Shown: positions 20,185 to 31,073, counted from the stretch's first letter. The stretch is 64,000 nucleotides of DNA from an uncultured Chloroflexia bacterium (GCA_963810095.1 CAWEMM010000006.1:544001-608000); one strand, 5' to 3'. The notes: generated from the letters alone by a model not told the origin. A program made the numbers and translations.

Positions 20185-21432
20185 TCAGCCGATACTGGCC
20201 CCGCTCGGGATTTCACTTTCGCCGTAATCCTTCGGCGCGGCGTGACGGTGAACGAGCACGTTGCGGCCCAACTTGGCGCCGGCAGGAACCACCGCACCTT
20301 TGCCGACGACGGTGAGGCCGGTGTTGAGGCGGTTAGGCTGTGCGCGGTTGGACGTCCGGTCGTCGCCGTAGCCGACGACCGCGCCGGCTTCGACGACGAC
20401 GCGCTTATCGAGGATGGCACGGTCTACGACCGCGCCCGGCTTGATCACAGCATCGGTGAAAACGATCGAATCGCGCACTTCGGCGCCCGGATGCACGTAG
20501 ACGCCCGGCGAGATGATGGACCGCACGACCGTTCCTTCAATACGGCACCCGTCGCAAAGCAGGTTGCCTTCGACGCGGGCGTTCTCGCCCAGGAACGCGG
20601 CCGCCCGTTCCTCGCTCTTCGTGTGGATCACCCAGTTTTCGTCGTAGAGGTCCAAGGCCGGCGTTTCGGCCAGGAGCGCCATGTTGGCCTCATAGTAGGC
20701 CTGGATCGTGCCCGCGTCCTCCCAGTAGCCAAAGAAGCGGTAGGCATAGACGTTCGCCTCGTGCACCAGCGCCGGCAGCGAGTCGCGGCCGAGATTGGTG
20801 TCCTTCTCGCCCTGGCCGCGCAGCCAGTCGCGCAGCACTCGCGCGTTGAATACGTAAATCCCCATGCTGGCCGTCGTGTTGTAGGTTCGCTTTGGCTTTT
20901 CCGCGTACTCGATTACGCGGCCGCTCTGATCGCTGCCGACCATGCCAAAGCGGTGTGCCTGGTGATATGGCACCGCCCGGGTGGCGATGGTGACGTCGGC
21001 GCCCCGCTCGCGGTGGAAACGCAGCAGCGGCTCGTAATCCATCTTGTAGATATGGTCACCCGGCAGCAGCAGCACTTCGTCCACCGAACGCGTCAGGTCG
21101 AGGTTCGAGCGCACCGCGTCGGCGGTCCCTTCCTGCCACCCGGCCGAGTGCCCGCCTTTCGTGCTCACGTAGGGCTGCAGCAGGCGCACCCCGCCGGTGG
21201 TCCGGTCGAGGTCCCACGGCCGGCCCAATCCGATGTGTTCGTTGAGCGAACGCGGCTGGTACTGGGTCAGCACCGCGACGTTGAAAATGCCCGAGTTGAC
21301 GCAGTTCGAGAGGGCAAAGTCGATGACGCGGTACTTGCCTGCGAACGGCATCGCGGCCTCAGAGCGGTCGGCGGTCAGGACGCTGAGGGCCGGTCCTTCG
21401 CCGCCGGCCAGGATCATTGCCAAGACATTCAT
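20185..21432 (-). CDS. glgC: ADP-glucose pyrophosphorylase-like subunit with degenerate ATP loop (GlgD-like)
   Basis: [53 protein letters not shown], left-handed beta-helix C-terminus. Confidence 0.8.
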   Translation of the reverse strand: MNVLAMILAGGEGPALSVLTADRSEAAMPFAGKYRVIDFALSNCVNSGIFNVAVLTQYQPRSLNEHIGLGRPWDLDRTTGGVRLLQPYVSTKGGHSAGWQEGTADAVRSNLDLTRSVDEVLLLPGDHIYKMDYEPLLRFHRERGADVTIATRAVPYHQAHRFGMVGSDQSGRVIEYAEKPKRTYNTTASMGIYVFNARVLRDWLRGQGEKDTNLGRDSLPALVHEANVYAYRFFGYWEDAGTIQAYYEANMALLAETPALDLYDENWVIHTKSEERAAAFLGENARVEGNLLCDGCRIEGTVVRSIISPGVYVHPGAEVRDSIVFTDAVIKPGAVVDRAILDKRVVVEAGAVVGYGDDRTSNRAQPNRLNTGLTVVGKGAVVPAGAKLGRNVLVHRHAAPKDYGESEIPSGASIG

Positions 21433-21445
21433 CGTCGTCCTCCCC

Positions 21446-22707
21446 TCAAGCGACCGTCGCGCCGCTGGGCACGGCACACTCGAACGAATCGAAAGCCTCG
21501 TCGTCCACCTGGGCGTTAATCACGACGTTGCGCCCGACCGTCACGTTGGGGGGGATGTGGGCCTGCTTCCCCACGATCGTGGGCCCGGTGTAGAACTTAC
21601 CCGGGTCCTTGGCGTTCGGCGTGTCGTAGTCGGCGCCGAAGCCGAGCTGCGTGCCCCCGCCCACGACGACTCCCTTGTCAATAATGCATCGGTCGACCAC
21701 TGCGCCCGGGCCAATGAAGGTGTCGTTCATGATGACGCTTTCCCGAACGATCGCACCGGGAGAGACGTATACCCCTGGCGATAATATGGAGCGGACCACC
21801 TGCCCGCGGATGTTGCACCCGTTGCAGACCATGCTCTGCTGAATCTGGCCCTGCGGGCCCACTTTGGCGGGCGCGCGTTCCTCGCTTTTCGTGTGGATCA
21901 CCCAGTTCGTGTCGTAGAGGTCGAGCTGCGACTTACCCGACACCAATTCCATGCTGGTGCTCCAGTACGCATCGACCGTCCCAACGTCGACCCAGTAACC
22001 TTCGAAGCCGTACGTGTACAGCCGGTGGGTGTCCACCATGCTGGGGATGACGTGCTTGCCGAAATCCAGGTCCTCGTGTTTGTCCTTGAGCGCCAGCATC
22101 CGCTCCACGAGCGCGTTCTTGTTGAACACGTATACGCCCATGTTCGCCAACGTGCTCGGCGCCTCCTTGGGCTTTTCGAGGAACCCCTTCACCCGGCCGT
22201 CCTCCTCCGTCAGCACGATGCCGAAGCGGGATGTCTCGTCCGGCTTGACATTCATCACCGCGAGCGTGAGATCCGCCCGGCGTTCTTCGTGGATCTGGAG
22301 CATCTTCCGGTAATCCATCTTGTAGATGTGATCGCCGGAGAGGATCAGGACTGTGTCGGCCCGCGTCTCGTTCAGATAGTTGATGTTCTGCAGGACGGCG
22401 TCGGCAGTGCCGCCGTACCACTGCTGGTGGCCCTTACCCTGGTAGGGCTGCATCAGCCGCACGCCCCCGCGAGCGGTCGAGATCCCAGGGCCGGCCGATG
22501 CCAATGTGCTCGTTCAGTGACTGGGGCAGATACTGCGTGAGAATGCCGACGTCGAAGATGCCCGAGTTGACGCAATTGGACAACGTGAAATCGATGATCC
22601 GAAAGCGTCCTGCAAAGGGCACGGCCGGCTTGGCGCGGCGCGTCAGAGAGAACACCGAGACGCGTTCCTGCTCCGCCAGCCAAAATCAGAGCTACAACTC
22701 GCATCAC
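21446..22707 (-). CDS. glgC: Glucose-1-phosphate adenylyltransferase (frameshifts near 22642 and 22466)
   Basis: [12 protein letters not shown] / [27 protein letters not shown] / [21 protein letters not shown] spread over three frames. Confidence 0.9.
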
Positions 22708-22936
22708 GCACTCCTTCCAGCGTTGAACCCATAGAGCACTTCATCAGCGTGCGCCACGGGCTGTGGCAAGTCGACGAGGATCCCGGTGGATTCGATGTGA
22801 GCATTGTCGCACACAACAAATAAAACGTGCAAGCGAACACGAGCGGCCGCCCCCAAGGAGGAACGCTACGAAATCGCTCGCCGGGCTCGGATCTGCGGCC
22901 GGTGTGATGTACATCATACCCAAGGCCGGTGAACCG

Positions 22937-22968
22937 TGCTATCCTTATTGCAAATGATTCGCATTAGC
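22937..22968 (+). promoter_or_regulatory. Extended -10 (TGcTATCCT) followed by a Fur-box-like operator upstream of feoABC
   Basis: GCAAATGATTCGCATTAGC (22950-22968) matches 13/19 of GATAATGATAATCATTATC; AT-rich imperfect palindrome. Confidence 0.6.
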
Positions 22969-22986
22969 ATGTCATCGAGCGTTTCC

Positions 22987-23247
22987 ATGATAACACCCTC
23001 CTCCAGTCCAAGAGCGGCGCAGTTGATCGCGGACCTGCCGGCCGGATCGGGCGCAGTCATTCACTCGCTCACCGGTGGCCACGACTTCTGCAGCCGGATG
23101 GCCAACCTCGGCTTCACCTCGGGCGCCCCCGTCACCGTGCGCCAGAACTACGGTCGCGGCCCGATCGTGGTCGCGCTGCGCGGCACGCTGGTGGCGCTGG
23201 GACGGGCAGAGGCGGCCTGCATTCTCGTCCTGGCGAGCGAGCCCTGA
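22987..23247 (+). CDS. feoA: Ferrous iron transport protein A
   Basis: RMANLGFTSGAPVTV...GPIVVALRGTLVALGRAEA SH3-like FeoA pattern; start could also be 22969. Confidence 0.9.
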   Translation: MITPSSSPRAAQLIADLPAGSGAVIHSLTGGHDFCSRMANLGFTSGAPVTVRQNYGRGPIVVALRGTLVALGRAEAACILVLASEP

Positions 23248-25345
23248 TGGCCCAGATCCTCCGCTCCCCCTCGTCCGGCCCCAACGCAGCCCGAGGCCCA
23301 AATTCCGGCTCGTCCAACCTGCCTGCCACGACACGGGCTCCGCGCCCTTGGCCCTGCCCGATGCGCTCACCATTGCCTTGGTCGGTCAGCCCAATGTCGG
23401 TAAGTCCACCGTCTTCAACATGCTCACCGGGCTCAACCAGCATGTCGGGAACTGGCCCGGCAAGACGGTGGAGCAGAAGACGGGCATATTCCAGTACGAG
23501 GGCGCAGGGGTCAACCTGGTCGACTTGCCGGGCACCTATAGCCTGACGGCCAACTCGGAGGAAGAGCGCGTCGCACGCGACTACCTGATCGGCGAGCGGC
23601 CCGACGTCGCGATTGCGATCGTCAACGCGGCCGCGCTCGAGCGCAGCTTGTACCTGGTGGCAGAGCTGCTCGCACTCGACACCCCCCTTGTCATCGGGCT
23701 CAACATGAGCGACGTGGCCGCGCAGCACGGCATTCACGTCGAGGCCCACGTGCTCGAAGCCGCGCTCGGCGTCCCGGTCATCCCCTTGGTCGCCGCCCGA
23801 AACGAGGGCATCCGCGAGTTGGTCGGCGCGGCGGTCGCCCTCACGCGCAACCCGGCCGCCTTCCAGCCGAACCGCCCGGCCATCCGTCCGGAGCACAAGC
23901 CGGTGCTCGACCAGCTGGTCGCCATCCTGGGCGACTGCACCTGCGACCGGTATGCGGCCGATTGGTCCGCGATGAAGCTGCTCGAAGGGGACTCGGAGGT
24001 GACGGCGCAGGTCAAGGCGGCCGTGACGCCCGGCGTGTGGGACGAAGTGCACCGCCTCTTGCTGCAGCACGAGGACGCGTATCTCGACATCGCCGGCGGC
24101 CGCTACGAGTGGATCGGGCGCATGGTGCGGGCGGCGGTCACCCAACCCCGGGCGGGCGCGGTCACCATCACCGATCGCATCGACCGGGTCGCCACGCACC
24201 CGATCTTCGGCTTGCTCCTCCTGCTGGGCATCTTCGGCCTGGCATTTGCCGCAACGTATACCATTGCGACGCCCCTGGCGGGATGGCTCTCGGGGGTCGT
24301 GCTGGGCGGGTTGACCTCGGTGGCGGAAGCCGTGCTGCGAGGCGCCCCCTGGTGGGTCTCGGGGCTCGTGATCGACGGCTTAATCGGCGGCGCGGGCACG
24401 GTCCTGACCTTCCTGCCGGTCCTCGCGATCTTCTTCGCGCTGCTCGGGGTGCTGGAGGACGTGGGCTACCTGTCGCGCGGGGCGTACGTCATGGACCGCT
24501 TCATGCACCTGATGGGGCTGCACGGCAAATCGTTCCTGCCGCTCTTCCTCGGTTTCGGCTGCAACGTGCCTGCGGTGATGGGCGCGCGCATCCTGGAAGA
24601 GAAACGGGCCCGCTTCCTGACCATCCTGCTGGCCCCGCTGGTGCCATGCACGGCCCGGCTTGCAGTGCTCGCGTTCCTCGCGCCCGCATTCTTTGCCAGT
24701 GGGGCTGCGCTCGCTACCGTGGGCCTCGTGGCCTTGAACCTGGTGATCCTGGCGGTTGCCGGCGTGGTCGTCAACAAAGTGGCCTTCAAGGGCGAGCAGA
24801 CGGCTTTCATCATGGAGCTGCCGCTGTATCACGTGCCCAATGCCCGCACGGTCGGAATCTATGTCTGGAACAACACGACATCGTTCCTGAAAAAAGCGGG
24901 GACGTTCATTCTCATCTCGTCGGCCGTAGTCTGGCTGCTGTCACATGTGCCGGGCGGGAGCGTGGAGACCTCTGTGCTCGCCATGGTCGGGCGGGCGCTC
25001 GAACCGGTCGGTCAGTTGATGGGCCTGAATGACTGGCGCATGATCGTCGCGCTGCTCTCCAGCTTCTTCGCCAAGGAGAACACGATCGCCACGCTCGGGG
25101 TCCTCTTTGGGGCGCCGGATTCGACCGCGACCCTGGCGACGCAGGTCGCCGCGGTGCTCGTGCCCGCGGCCCGGCTGGCGTTCCTGGCAACGGCAATGCT
25201 GTTCATTCCCTGCCTGGCCACCGTGGCCACGGTCAAACAGGAGACCGGCTCGTGGAAGTGGACCGCGGCGAGCATCGGGCTGCTGCTGGCCATCTCGGTC
25301 GGTGCGGGCATCCTCCTGTATCAGACCCTGCACTTCCTGGGGTGA
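23247..25345 (+). CDS. feoB: Ferrous iron transport protein B (probable 1-bp error just after ATG 23247)
   Basis: GQPNVGKS, GNWPGKTVE, DLPGTYSL, GFGCNVPA, FIMELP, KEN, FIPC. Confidence 0.95.
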
Positions 25346-25350
25346 CGACG

Positions 25351-25659
25351 ATGAATGTCGAGATGAGCCTGCCGGTGCAGCTCCTGCGGTTGGTCTCCTA
25401 CGGGGGCATCCGTTCGACCGCAGAACTTGGCCGGCGGCTGGGCGTGAGTGAGACGCTGGTCAGCATGATGGCGGACGACTTGCGGCGACGGGGGTATTTA
25501 CAGGCCGTCGGCGGCAGCACGTGCGACGCCGACGGCCTGTCGGCGCAGGCCGGCTGTGCAAGCTGCGGCATCGTCAGCTCGTGCAAGCTCCCCGGGACCG
25601 CGGAGCAGCTGCCGCTGTTGGTGCTCACGGACAAGGGGAAGTTGGCCGCCCGAGTCTAG
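25351..25659 (+). CDS. feoC: FeoC-like winged-helix protein with Cys cluster
   Basis: STAELGRRLGVSETLV HTH, L.RRGYL, C...CASC....SC; directly after feoB. Confidence 0.75.
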   Translation: MNVEMSLPVQLLRLVSYGGIRSTAELGRRLGVSETLVSMMADDLRRRGYLQAVGGSTCDADGLSAQAGCASCGIVSSCKLPGTAEQLPLLVLTDKGKLAARV

Positions 25660-25779
25660 ACCCGGCCCCACCGGTTCGACACCGGTTCTCCTTCACAAGC
25701 TCCCCGCTTTGCGCGATAATGCCCCGGTAGCAGCGCTGCGTCTACCCGCTTCGGTTATCCCAGCCTTCTGATCCGACCC

Positions 25780-27919
25780 ATGCAGACTTTGCCCTGGCAG
25801 ACCCTGGCTGACACCTCCCGGCTACTCGCCCGGCCCGCCGCCGTCCTCCGGTCGGCCCGGCGCACACACCTGCGGCCCGACTTCCTGGCCGCCCTCACCG
25901 TCAGCCTGATCATCCTGCCGCAGGCCATGGCCTACTCGCTCCTCGCGGGCCTGCCCCCCCAGACCGGGTTGTACGCGGCCATCCTCTCGGGCGCGGTTGC
26001 CTCCCTGTGGGGTTCCTCCAGCCAGCTGCAGACCGGGCCCACCAACACGGCCTCCCTGCTCACGCTGTCGGCGCTGACCCTGTTGGGTCCCGCGCTCGTG
26101 CCGGGCACGCCCGAGTATCTGGCCGCGGCCGGGTTGCTGGCCGTGATGGCGGGCGTGCTGCGGGTGGCATTGGGTCTGGCCGGGTTGGGGATGCTGGTTC
26201 GCTTCGTTTCTGACGCGGTCGTTACCGGGTTCACGGCCAGCGCCGGCTTGCTCATTGCGGTGAACCAGGTGCGTCACCTGCTGCGGCTGAACGTGCCGTC
26301 GACCGCGGGCCTGCTCGACACGGTGCAGGCGGTCGGTCCGAAACTGAACGAGACACACGTGCCCAGCCTGCTGCTCGGGCTCGGCGTCATCGCCTTGATC
26401 GCAATCCTCCGCCGGGTGAACCGCCGCCTGCCCGGTGCGTTGATTGCCATCGTGCTCGCGTCGGTCGTCGCAGCCGTGCTCGATCTTGGGCTCAAGACCA
26501 TCGGGCCCGTTCCGACCGGCCTGCCACCCTTCAGTCACCTGCCCGTGACCGATCTGAAGCTGATCGGCCAGTTGTCGACCAGCGCGCTGTCCATCGCGGC
26601 CATCGGGCTCGTCGAGGCGTTGTCCATCGCCCGACTGCTGGCGAGCCGCACCGGCGAGCGGTTGAACAGCAACCAGGAATTCGTCGGCCAGGGCTTGGCC
26701 AACATCGCCAGCGGTTTCTTTTCCGGCTACCCGGTTTCGGGGTCGTTCACCCGTTCGGCCGTGAACCTCCAGGCGGGCGCTGTCAGTCCGCTGGCCGGCC
26801 TGTTCAGCAGCGGCCTTCTGCTGCTGGCAACCCTCACCGTCAGCTCGCTCGCGTCATACATCCCGCTGGCCGCGCTCGCAGGCGTCTTGATGGCGACCGC
26901 ATTCACCCTCATCGACCGCCGGGAAATGGCGCGGATGTGGCGCAGCGGGGGCGCGGACCGCCTGACCCTCGTCGTGACGCTCGGAGCCACCTTGCTGCTG
27001 CCGCTCCACTTCGCGATCCTGGCCGGCATCCTGATGTCGCTGGGGGCGTATCTGCTCCGGACGACGACCCCCCGGGTCTATAGCGTCGTGCCGTCTGAGG
27101 AATTTCGCCACTTCGAGCCGCGGGCCGAGCTGCCCCACTGCCCGCAACTCAGCGTCATGGAGATTCTCGGCGACCTCTATTTCGGCGCGGTGCAGCACGT
27201 CGAAGAGCAGATCCACCGCAACCAGGAGGACTGCCCGGAGCAGCGCTTTCTGCTCCTGCGCATGCACAGCGTGCACAACATCGACTTCAGCGGCGTCCAT
27301 GCGCTCGAAGCGATCCTGCGCAGCTATCGGGAGCGCGGCGGCGACGTGTTTATGGTCCGGGTGCGGCCGCCCGTCATGCAGGAAATGCTCGGGTCCGGCT
27401 TCCTGGCCGCCATTGAAGCCAGACCACGTGCTGGACGAGGACACCGCCATTAGCCACCTGTTCCACCACGTGCTCGATCCTGCGATCTGCATTTACGAAT
27501 GCCCCGTGCGAGTGTTTAGAGAATGCCAGAACCTCCCGAGGCCGCTGGATGGCGCCGGCAAACCCGCTCTGACGGCCGCCTGGTCACAACGCCTCGCCGC
27601 TCCGCCCCCGACCATCGAGCCGCGCGCCCTGTGGGCGGCGCTGCACGCCGCTTCGCCGCCGCTCGTCGTCGACGTGCGCGAGCCGCGCGAGTACCGGCAG
27701 GGCCACGTGCCGGGCAGCCTGTGCATCCCTCTGCCGGCCCTGCTTGCCGACCTTGCGCAGGTGCCCTATGACCGCCGCGTCGTGATGGTCTGCCGGGGCG
27801 GCCGCCGCAGCGCGGGGGCTGCGGCCGCGCTGATTGCCGCAGGCCACCCTGACGTGGCCGCGCTGAAAGGCGGGATGCTCGCCTGGGAATCCGCAGTCTT
27901 GCTGGAGGCAACCTCATGA
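25780..27919 (+). CDS. sulP: SulP-family anion transporter with STAS domain and C-terminal rhodanese domain (frameshift near 27416)
   Basis: LPQAMAYSLLAGLP..GLY, NSNQEFVGQGLANI, GSFTRSAVN, GDLYFGA STAS; second frame has DVREPREY.QGHVPG and the CRGGRRS rhodanese loop. Confidence 0.88.
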
Positions 27920-28890
27920 GCCATTCCTGCGACCTGTCGCCCAACCTAGGGCTGGATCTGGTCCGCGCGACCGAGGCTGCTGCGCTTGCCGCCGGACGCT
28001 GGACGGGGCTGGGTCGCCTGCAGGAAGCCGAGCGAGCGGCCACCGACGCCATGATCGGCGTGCTGCAGGGAATTGCGATCGACGGTGTGGTCTGCCTGGC
28101 CGAGGAAGGCCGGCTGGGCGACGGGTCGGCGTTTGCGACGGGGCAAGCCGTGGGCTCGGGGAACGGGCCGGCGGTCGACGTGCTGGTCGACGCGCTGGAG
28201 GGCCGGCGACTGCTGGCGGGAGGGTATCCCGGCGCGCTGGCGGCCGTGGCCGTTGCCCCTCGGGGCAGCGTCTGGGCGCCGTGGGGCATCCGCTACATGG
28301 AGAAGATCGTCGTCAACGCCGAAGTTGCACCGGTCCTTGCGCCCGAATGCCTCGACGCGCCCGCAGCATGGACGCTGGCACTGGTCGCGCGGGCTACAGG
28401 CAAGCAGGTGCGCGACCTCGTCGTCTTCGTGCTGGACCGCCCGCGCCACCACGACCTGGTGGCCGAGATCCGCGCCGCGGGCAGCCACGTCCTGCTCCGG
28501 TCGGGCGGCGACCTGAACGGCGCGCTGATGGCGTGCCTGCGCGATGGCAAGGTCGATCTCCTGATGGGCTCGGGCGGCGTGCCCCAGGGCCTGCTGGCTG
28601 CCTGCGCGGTCAAAGCGACAAAGGGTGCTATGCTCGCCCGCCTGGTCGCGCAAACGCCGGAAGAAGCGGCCGAACTGCGCAACCGGCCGCCCGAAGACTG
28701 CGGAATCCACTCGCTCGACGACCTGGTGGCGGGGAACTGCGCGTTTTTCGTGGCGACAGGCATCACCGACAGCCCTCTGCTGAACGGCACCCGCTACCAC
28801 GGGCCGCGGGCGGAATCGAACTCTATCATTCTTCGAGCAGAGACGGGCATCCGGCGGACCATTCTCACGGAGCACTGGGCCGGCGAGTAG
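27916..28890 (+). CDS. Divergent GlpX-family (FBPase II-like) protein with eroded metal/catalytic motifs
   Basis: LVRATEAAALAAGRW, YMEKI, LDRPRH, ATGITD kept; GEGE>AEEG, DPIDGT>DALEGR, DGDV>GGDL, PEA>PQG; ATGA overlap with the sulP stop. Confidence 0.8.
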   Translation: MSHSCDLSPNLGLDLVRATEAAALAAGRWTGLGRLQEAERAATDAMIGVLQGIAIDGVVCLAEEGRLGDGSAFATGQAVGSGNGPAVDVLVDALEGRRLLAGGYPGALAAVAVAPRGSVWAPWGIRYMEKIVVNAEVAPVLAPECLDAPAAWTLALVARATGKQVRDLVVFVLDRPRHHDLVAEIRAAGSHVLLRSGGDLNGALMACLRDGKVDLLMGSGGVPQGLLAACAVKATKGAMLARLVAQTPEEAAELRNRPPEDCGIHSLDDLVAGNCAFFVATGITDSPLLNGTRYHGPRAESNSIILRAETGIRRTILTEHWAGE

Positions 28891-28940
28891 GAAGCGAGGC
28901 GGACAAGAGAAGCGAACGAAGCGGCCCCGCCGGGCCGGCG

Positions 28941-29951
28941 CTAGGGCAGCGCCTTCCGGGGGTCGATTAGCCGGCCGAAGTCGCGGATCTCGAAGTGCAG
29001 GTGCGGGCCGGTGATATTGCCGTTCGCGCCGCTCACGCCGATCACTTGCCCCTTGCCGACGATGTCGCCCGGCTGCACGTAGATGTCGCTCAGGTGCGCG
29101 TAGAGGGTCACGTAGTCGATGCCATGATCGATCACGACCCGGAACCCGTAACCCGTGGGATTCCAGCCCGCATAGATCACCTTGCCCCGGTCGGCAGCAT
29201 GCACCTGCGTGCCAAGCGGCACGGCGATGTCGAGAGCCATGTGCCCCGCGCTTGCGCCCTGTGAGACCCACCCGCCCTGCACCGGCCAAACGAAATGCCC
29301 GTCACCATAGGGCCAGTTCTCGTACGGGGTGCCGCCCCATTCGTCGGACGGCCGGCTGACCGCCTTGCGGTCGGCGCGGGGTTTGGCGTCGGTGCGCGCG
29401 CCGGGGATGAGGATGCGCTGCTTAGGCACGACCGAGTAGGGCGCGGAACTGAACCCGTTCCATGGAATAGCGACGATGTCCTCGATGGTGACGCGGTTGG
29501 CTGCGGCGATGCGGCGCAGCGTATCTCCCGGCCGCACCGTGTAGCAGAGGTCTGCCAGGGCCGGAACCGCGATCGTCTGCCCGGGAGTGAGTGCCTCGGC
29601 GTTCGCGCCTGTAGGCGTCGTCGTGCACGACATGGTGTCGAGGTCACGGCCAAAGTCGAGGGCGAGCGACCACAACGTGTCGCCGGCTTTGACCGTATAC
29701 ATAAATGACTGTGGATTAGTATCTAGAAATCCACCAGAAGTGACAAGAGGTAGGAAAGTCAAGCTAACCGGGGCGCCCGCCCGTCGCGCCATTTCCAGGC
29801 GTTCCTGGGGCGTTAACGGGCGCTGCGTCGGCGTGGGCTGGGGCGTGGGGGTTGTGACGACGGGCGTAGTTGGCCCGCCCAGCGCAACAGAAGTCAGGCA
29901 CAGGGCGAGCAGCACCGCCAGGACCCCCGCCCGCGATGCGCGTTTCATCAT
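28941..29951 (-). CDS. Secreted LysM(x2)-M23 peptidase
   Basis: Signal peptide, YTVKAGDTLWSLA, YTVRPGDTLRRIA, HMALD, TGPHLHFE. Confidence 0.88.
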   Translation of the reverse strand: MMKRASRAGVLAVLLALCLTSVALGGPTTPVVTTPTPQPTPTQRPLTPQERLEMARRAGAPVSLTFLPLVTSGGFLDTNPQSFMYTVKAGDTLWSLALDFGRDLDTMSCTTTPTGANAEALTPGQTIAVPALADLCYTVRPGDTLRRIAAANRVTIEDIVAIPWNGFSSAPYSVVPKQRILIPGARTDAKPRADRKAVSRPSDEWGGTPYENWPYGDGHFVWPVQGGWVSQGASAGHMALDIAVPLGTQVHAADRGKVIYAGWNPTGYGFRVVIDHGIDYVTLYAHLSDIYVQPGDIVGKGQVIGVSGANGNITGPHLHFEIRDFGRLIDPRKALP

Positions 29952-29971
29952 AAGTGCGACGATCATACCAA

Positions 29972-30040
29972 GACCTCGGGGGTTTGGCAAGCCCCGAGGT
30001 CGCAAAAAGAAACCAGGTTTCTTCGGGAAACCTGGTTTCT
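29972..30040. repeat. Compound palindromic element: family B hairpin (29972-30001) plus family A copy 4 (30008-30040)
   Basis: GACCTCGGGG...CCCCGAGGTC then AGAAACCAGGTTTC-TTCGG-GAAACCTGGTTTCT, immediately downstream of cydB. Confidence 0.8.
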
Positions 30041-30047
30041 GGTCGGC

Positions 30048-31058
30048 CTAATACGTCAGCTTGCCCTTGCCGGTCACCCGGTGGCGGAACACATAGTAGT
30101 TCCAGGCCTGGTAGACCAAGACGACGGGTACGAAGATCAACGCGACGATCGTCATCACCCGCAAGGTGTACGGCGTCGACGACGCGTTGAAGATGGTCAG
30201 GCTCCAGGCCGGGTTGAGGCTGGAGGGCAGGACGTTCGGGTACATGGCCCGGAACTGCGTCACGACGGTGAGCGCGATGGTCAGGATGTTCATCGCGAAG
30301 GCCCAGCCAAAGCGACGCTGCCAGATGAACCAGCCGCCCGCGAGGAAGGCGACACCGGCCCCGATGGCGCTCAGGCCCGGATTGATGCCGAGCTTGTTGA
30401 AGATCCCGAGTACGTACGAGGCGATGACCACCAGCGCGCCGAGCACGAGCACCACCGGCCACAGCTTCTTCGTGATGCCCTCGGCCCGCTGCCGCAGCTC
30501 GCCCTCGGTCCGCAGTGAGAGGAACACGGCGCCTTGCAGCGTGAAGATGCCAAGGCTGGCGAGTCCGCCGATCAGCGCGTAGGGATTGAGAAGGTTGAAG
30601 AAGCCGCCCACGTAATTCATATCGGCGTCAATTGGCACGCCCTTGACGATGTTCGCCATGGCGACGCCCCACAAGAGCGCCGGGACCGCGCTGCCAAAGA
30701 AGAAGCACCAGTCCCACAGTGCCCGCCACTTCGTGTGCCGCTCCTTGCTGCGATACTCGAAGGAGACGGCGCGCACGATCAATGCGAGCAGCATCAGGAA
30801 CAGGGCCAGGTAGAACCCGCTGAAGAGCGTCGCATACCAGTTGGGGAAGGCCGCAAACATCGCGCCGCCCGCGGTCAGCAGCCACACCTCGTTGCCATCC
30901 CACCACGGCCCGATCGTGTTGAACATGACCCGCCGCTCTTCGTCATTCTTGGCCAGGAACGGGTGCAGGATGCCCACACCGTAGTCAAAGCCCTCCAGGA
31001 CGAAGAAACCCGTGAAGAGCACGCCGATCAGGATGAACCACAGTGAATTAAGTGTCAT
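30048..31058 (-). CDS. cydB: Cytochrome bd ubiquinol/menaquinol oxidase subunit II
   Basis: LEGFDYGVG, IGPWWDGNEVWL..AGGAMFAAFP.WYA, LTIFNASSTPYTL. Confidence 0.95.
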   Translation of the reverse strand: MTLNSLWFILIGVLFTGFFVLEGFDYGVGILHPFLAKNDEERRVMFNTIGPWWDGNEVWLLTAGGAMFAAFPNWYATLFSGFYLALFLMLLALIVRAVSFEYRSKERHTKWRALWDWCFFFGSAVPALLWGVAMANIVKGVPIDADMNYVGGFFNLLNPYALIGGLASLGIFTLQGAVFLSLRTEGELRQRAEGITKKLWPVVLVLGALVVIASYVLGIFNKLGINPGLSAIGAGVAFLAGGWFIWQRRFGWAFAMNILTIALTVVTQFRAMYPNVLPSSLNPAWSLTIFNASSTPYTLRVMTIVALIFVPVVLVYQAWNYYVFRHRVTGKGKLTY

Positions 31059-31073
31059 CGTTGCCTCCGTGAA

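Noticed and set aside
21446-22707. glgC, feoB, sulP, PBP and others as pseudogenes or programmed frameshifts
   Set aside because: All fragments are motif-intact, essential efp is also hit, and I saw no slippery heptamers; sequencing error is more parsimonious
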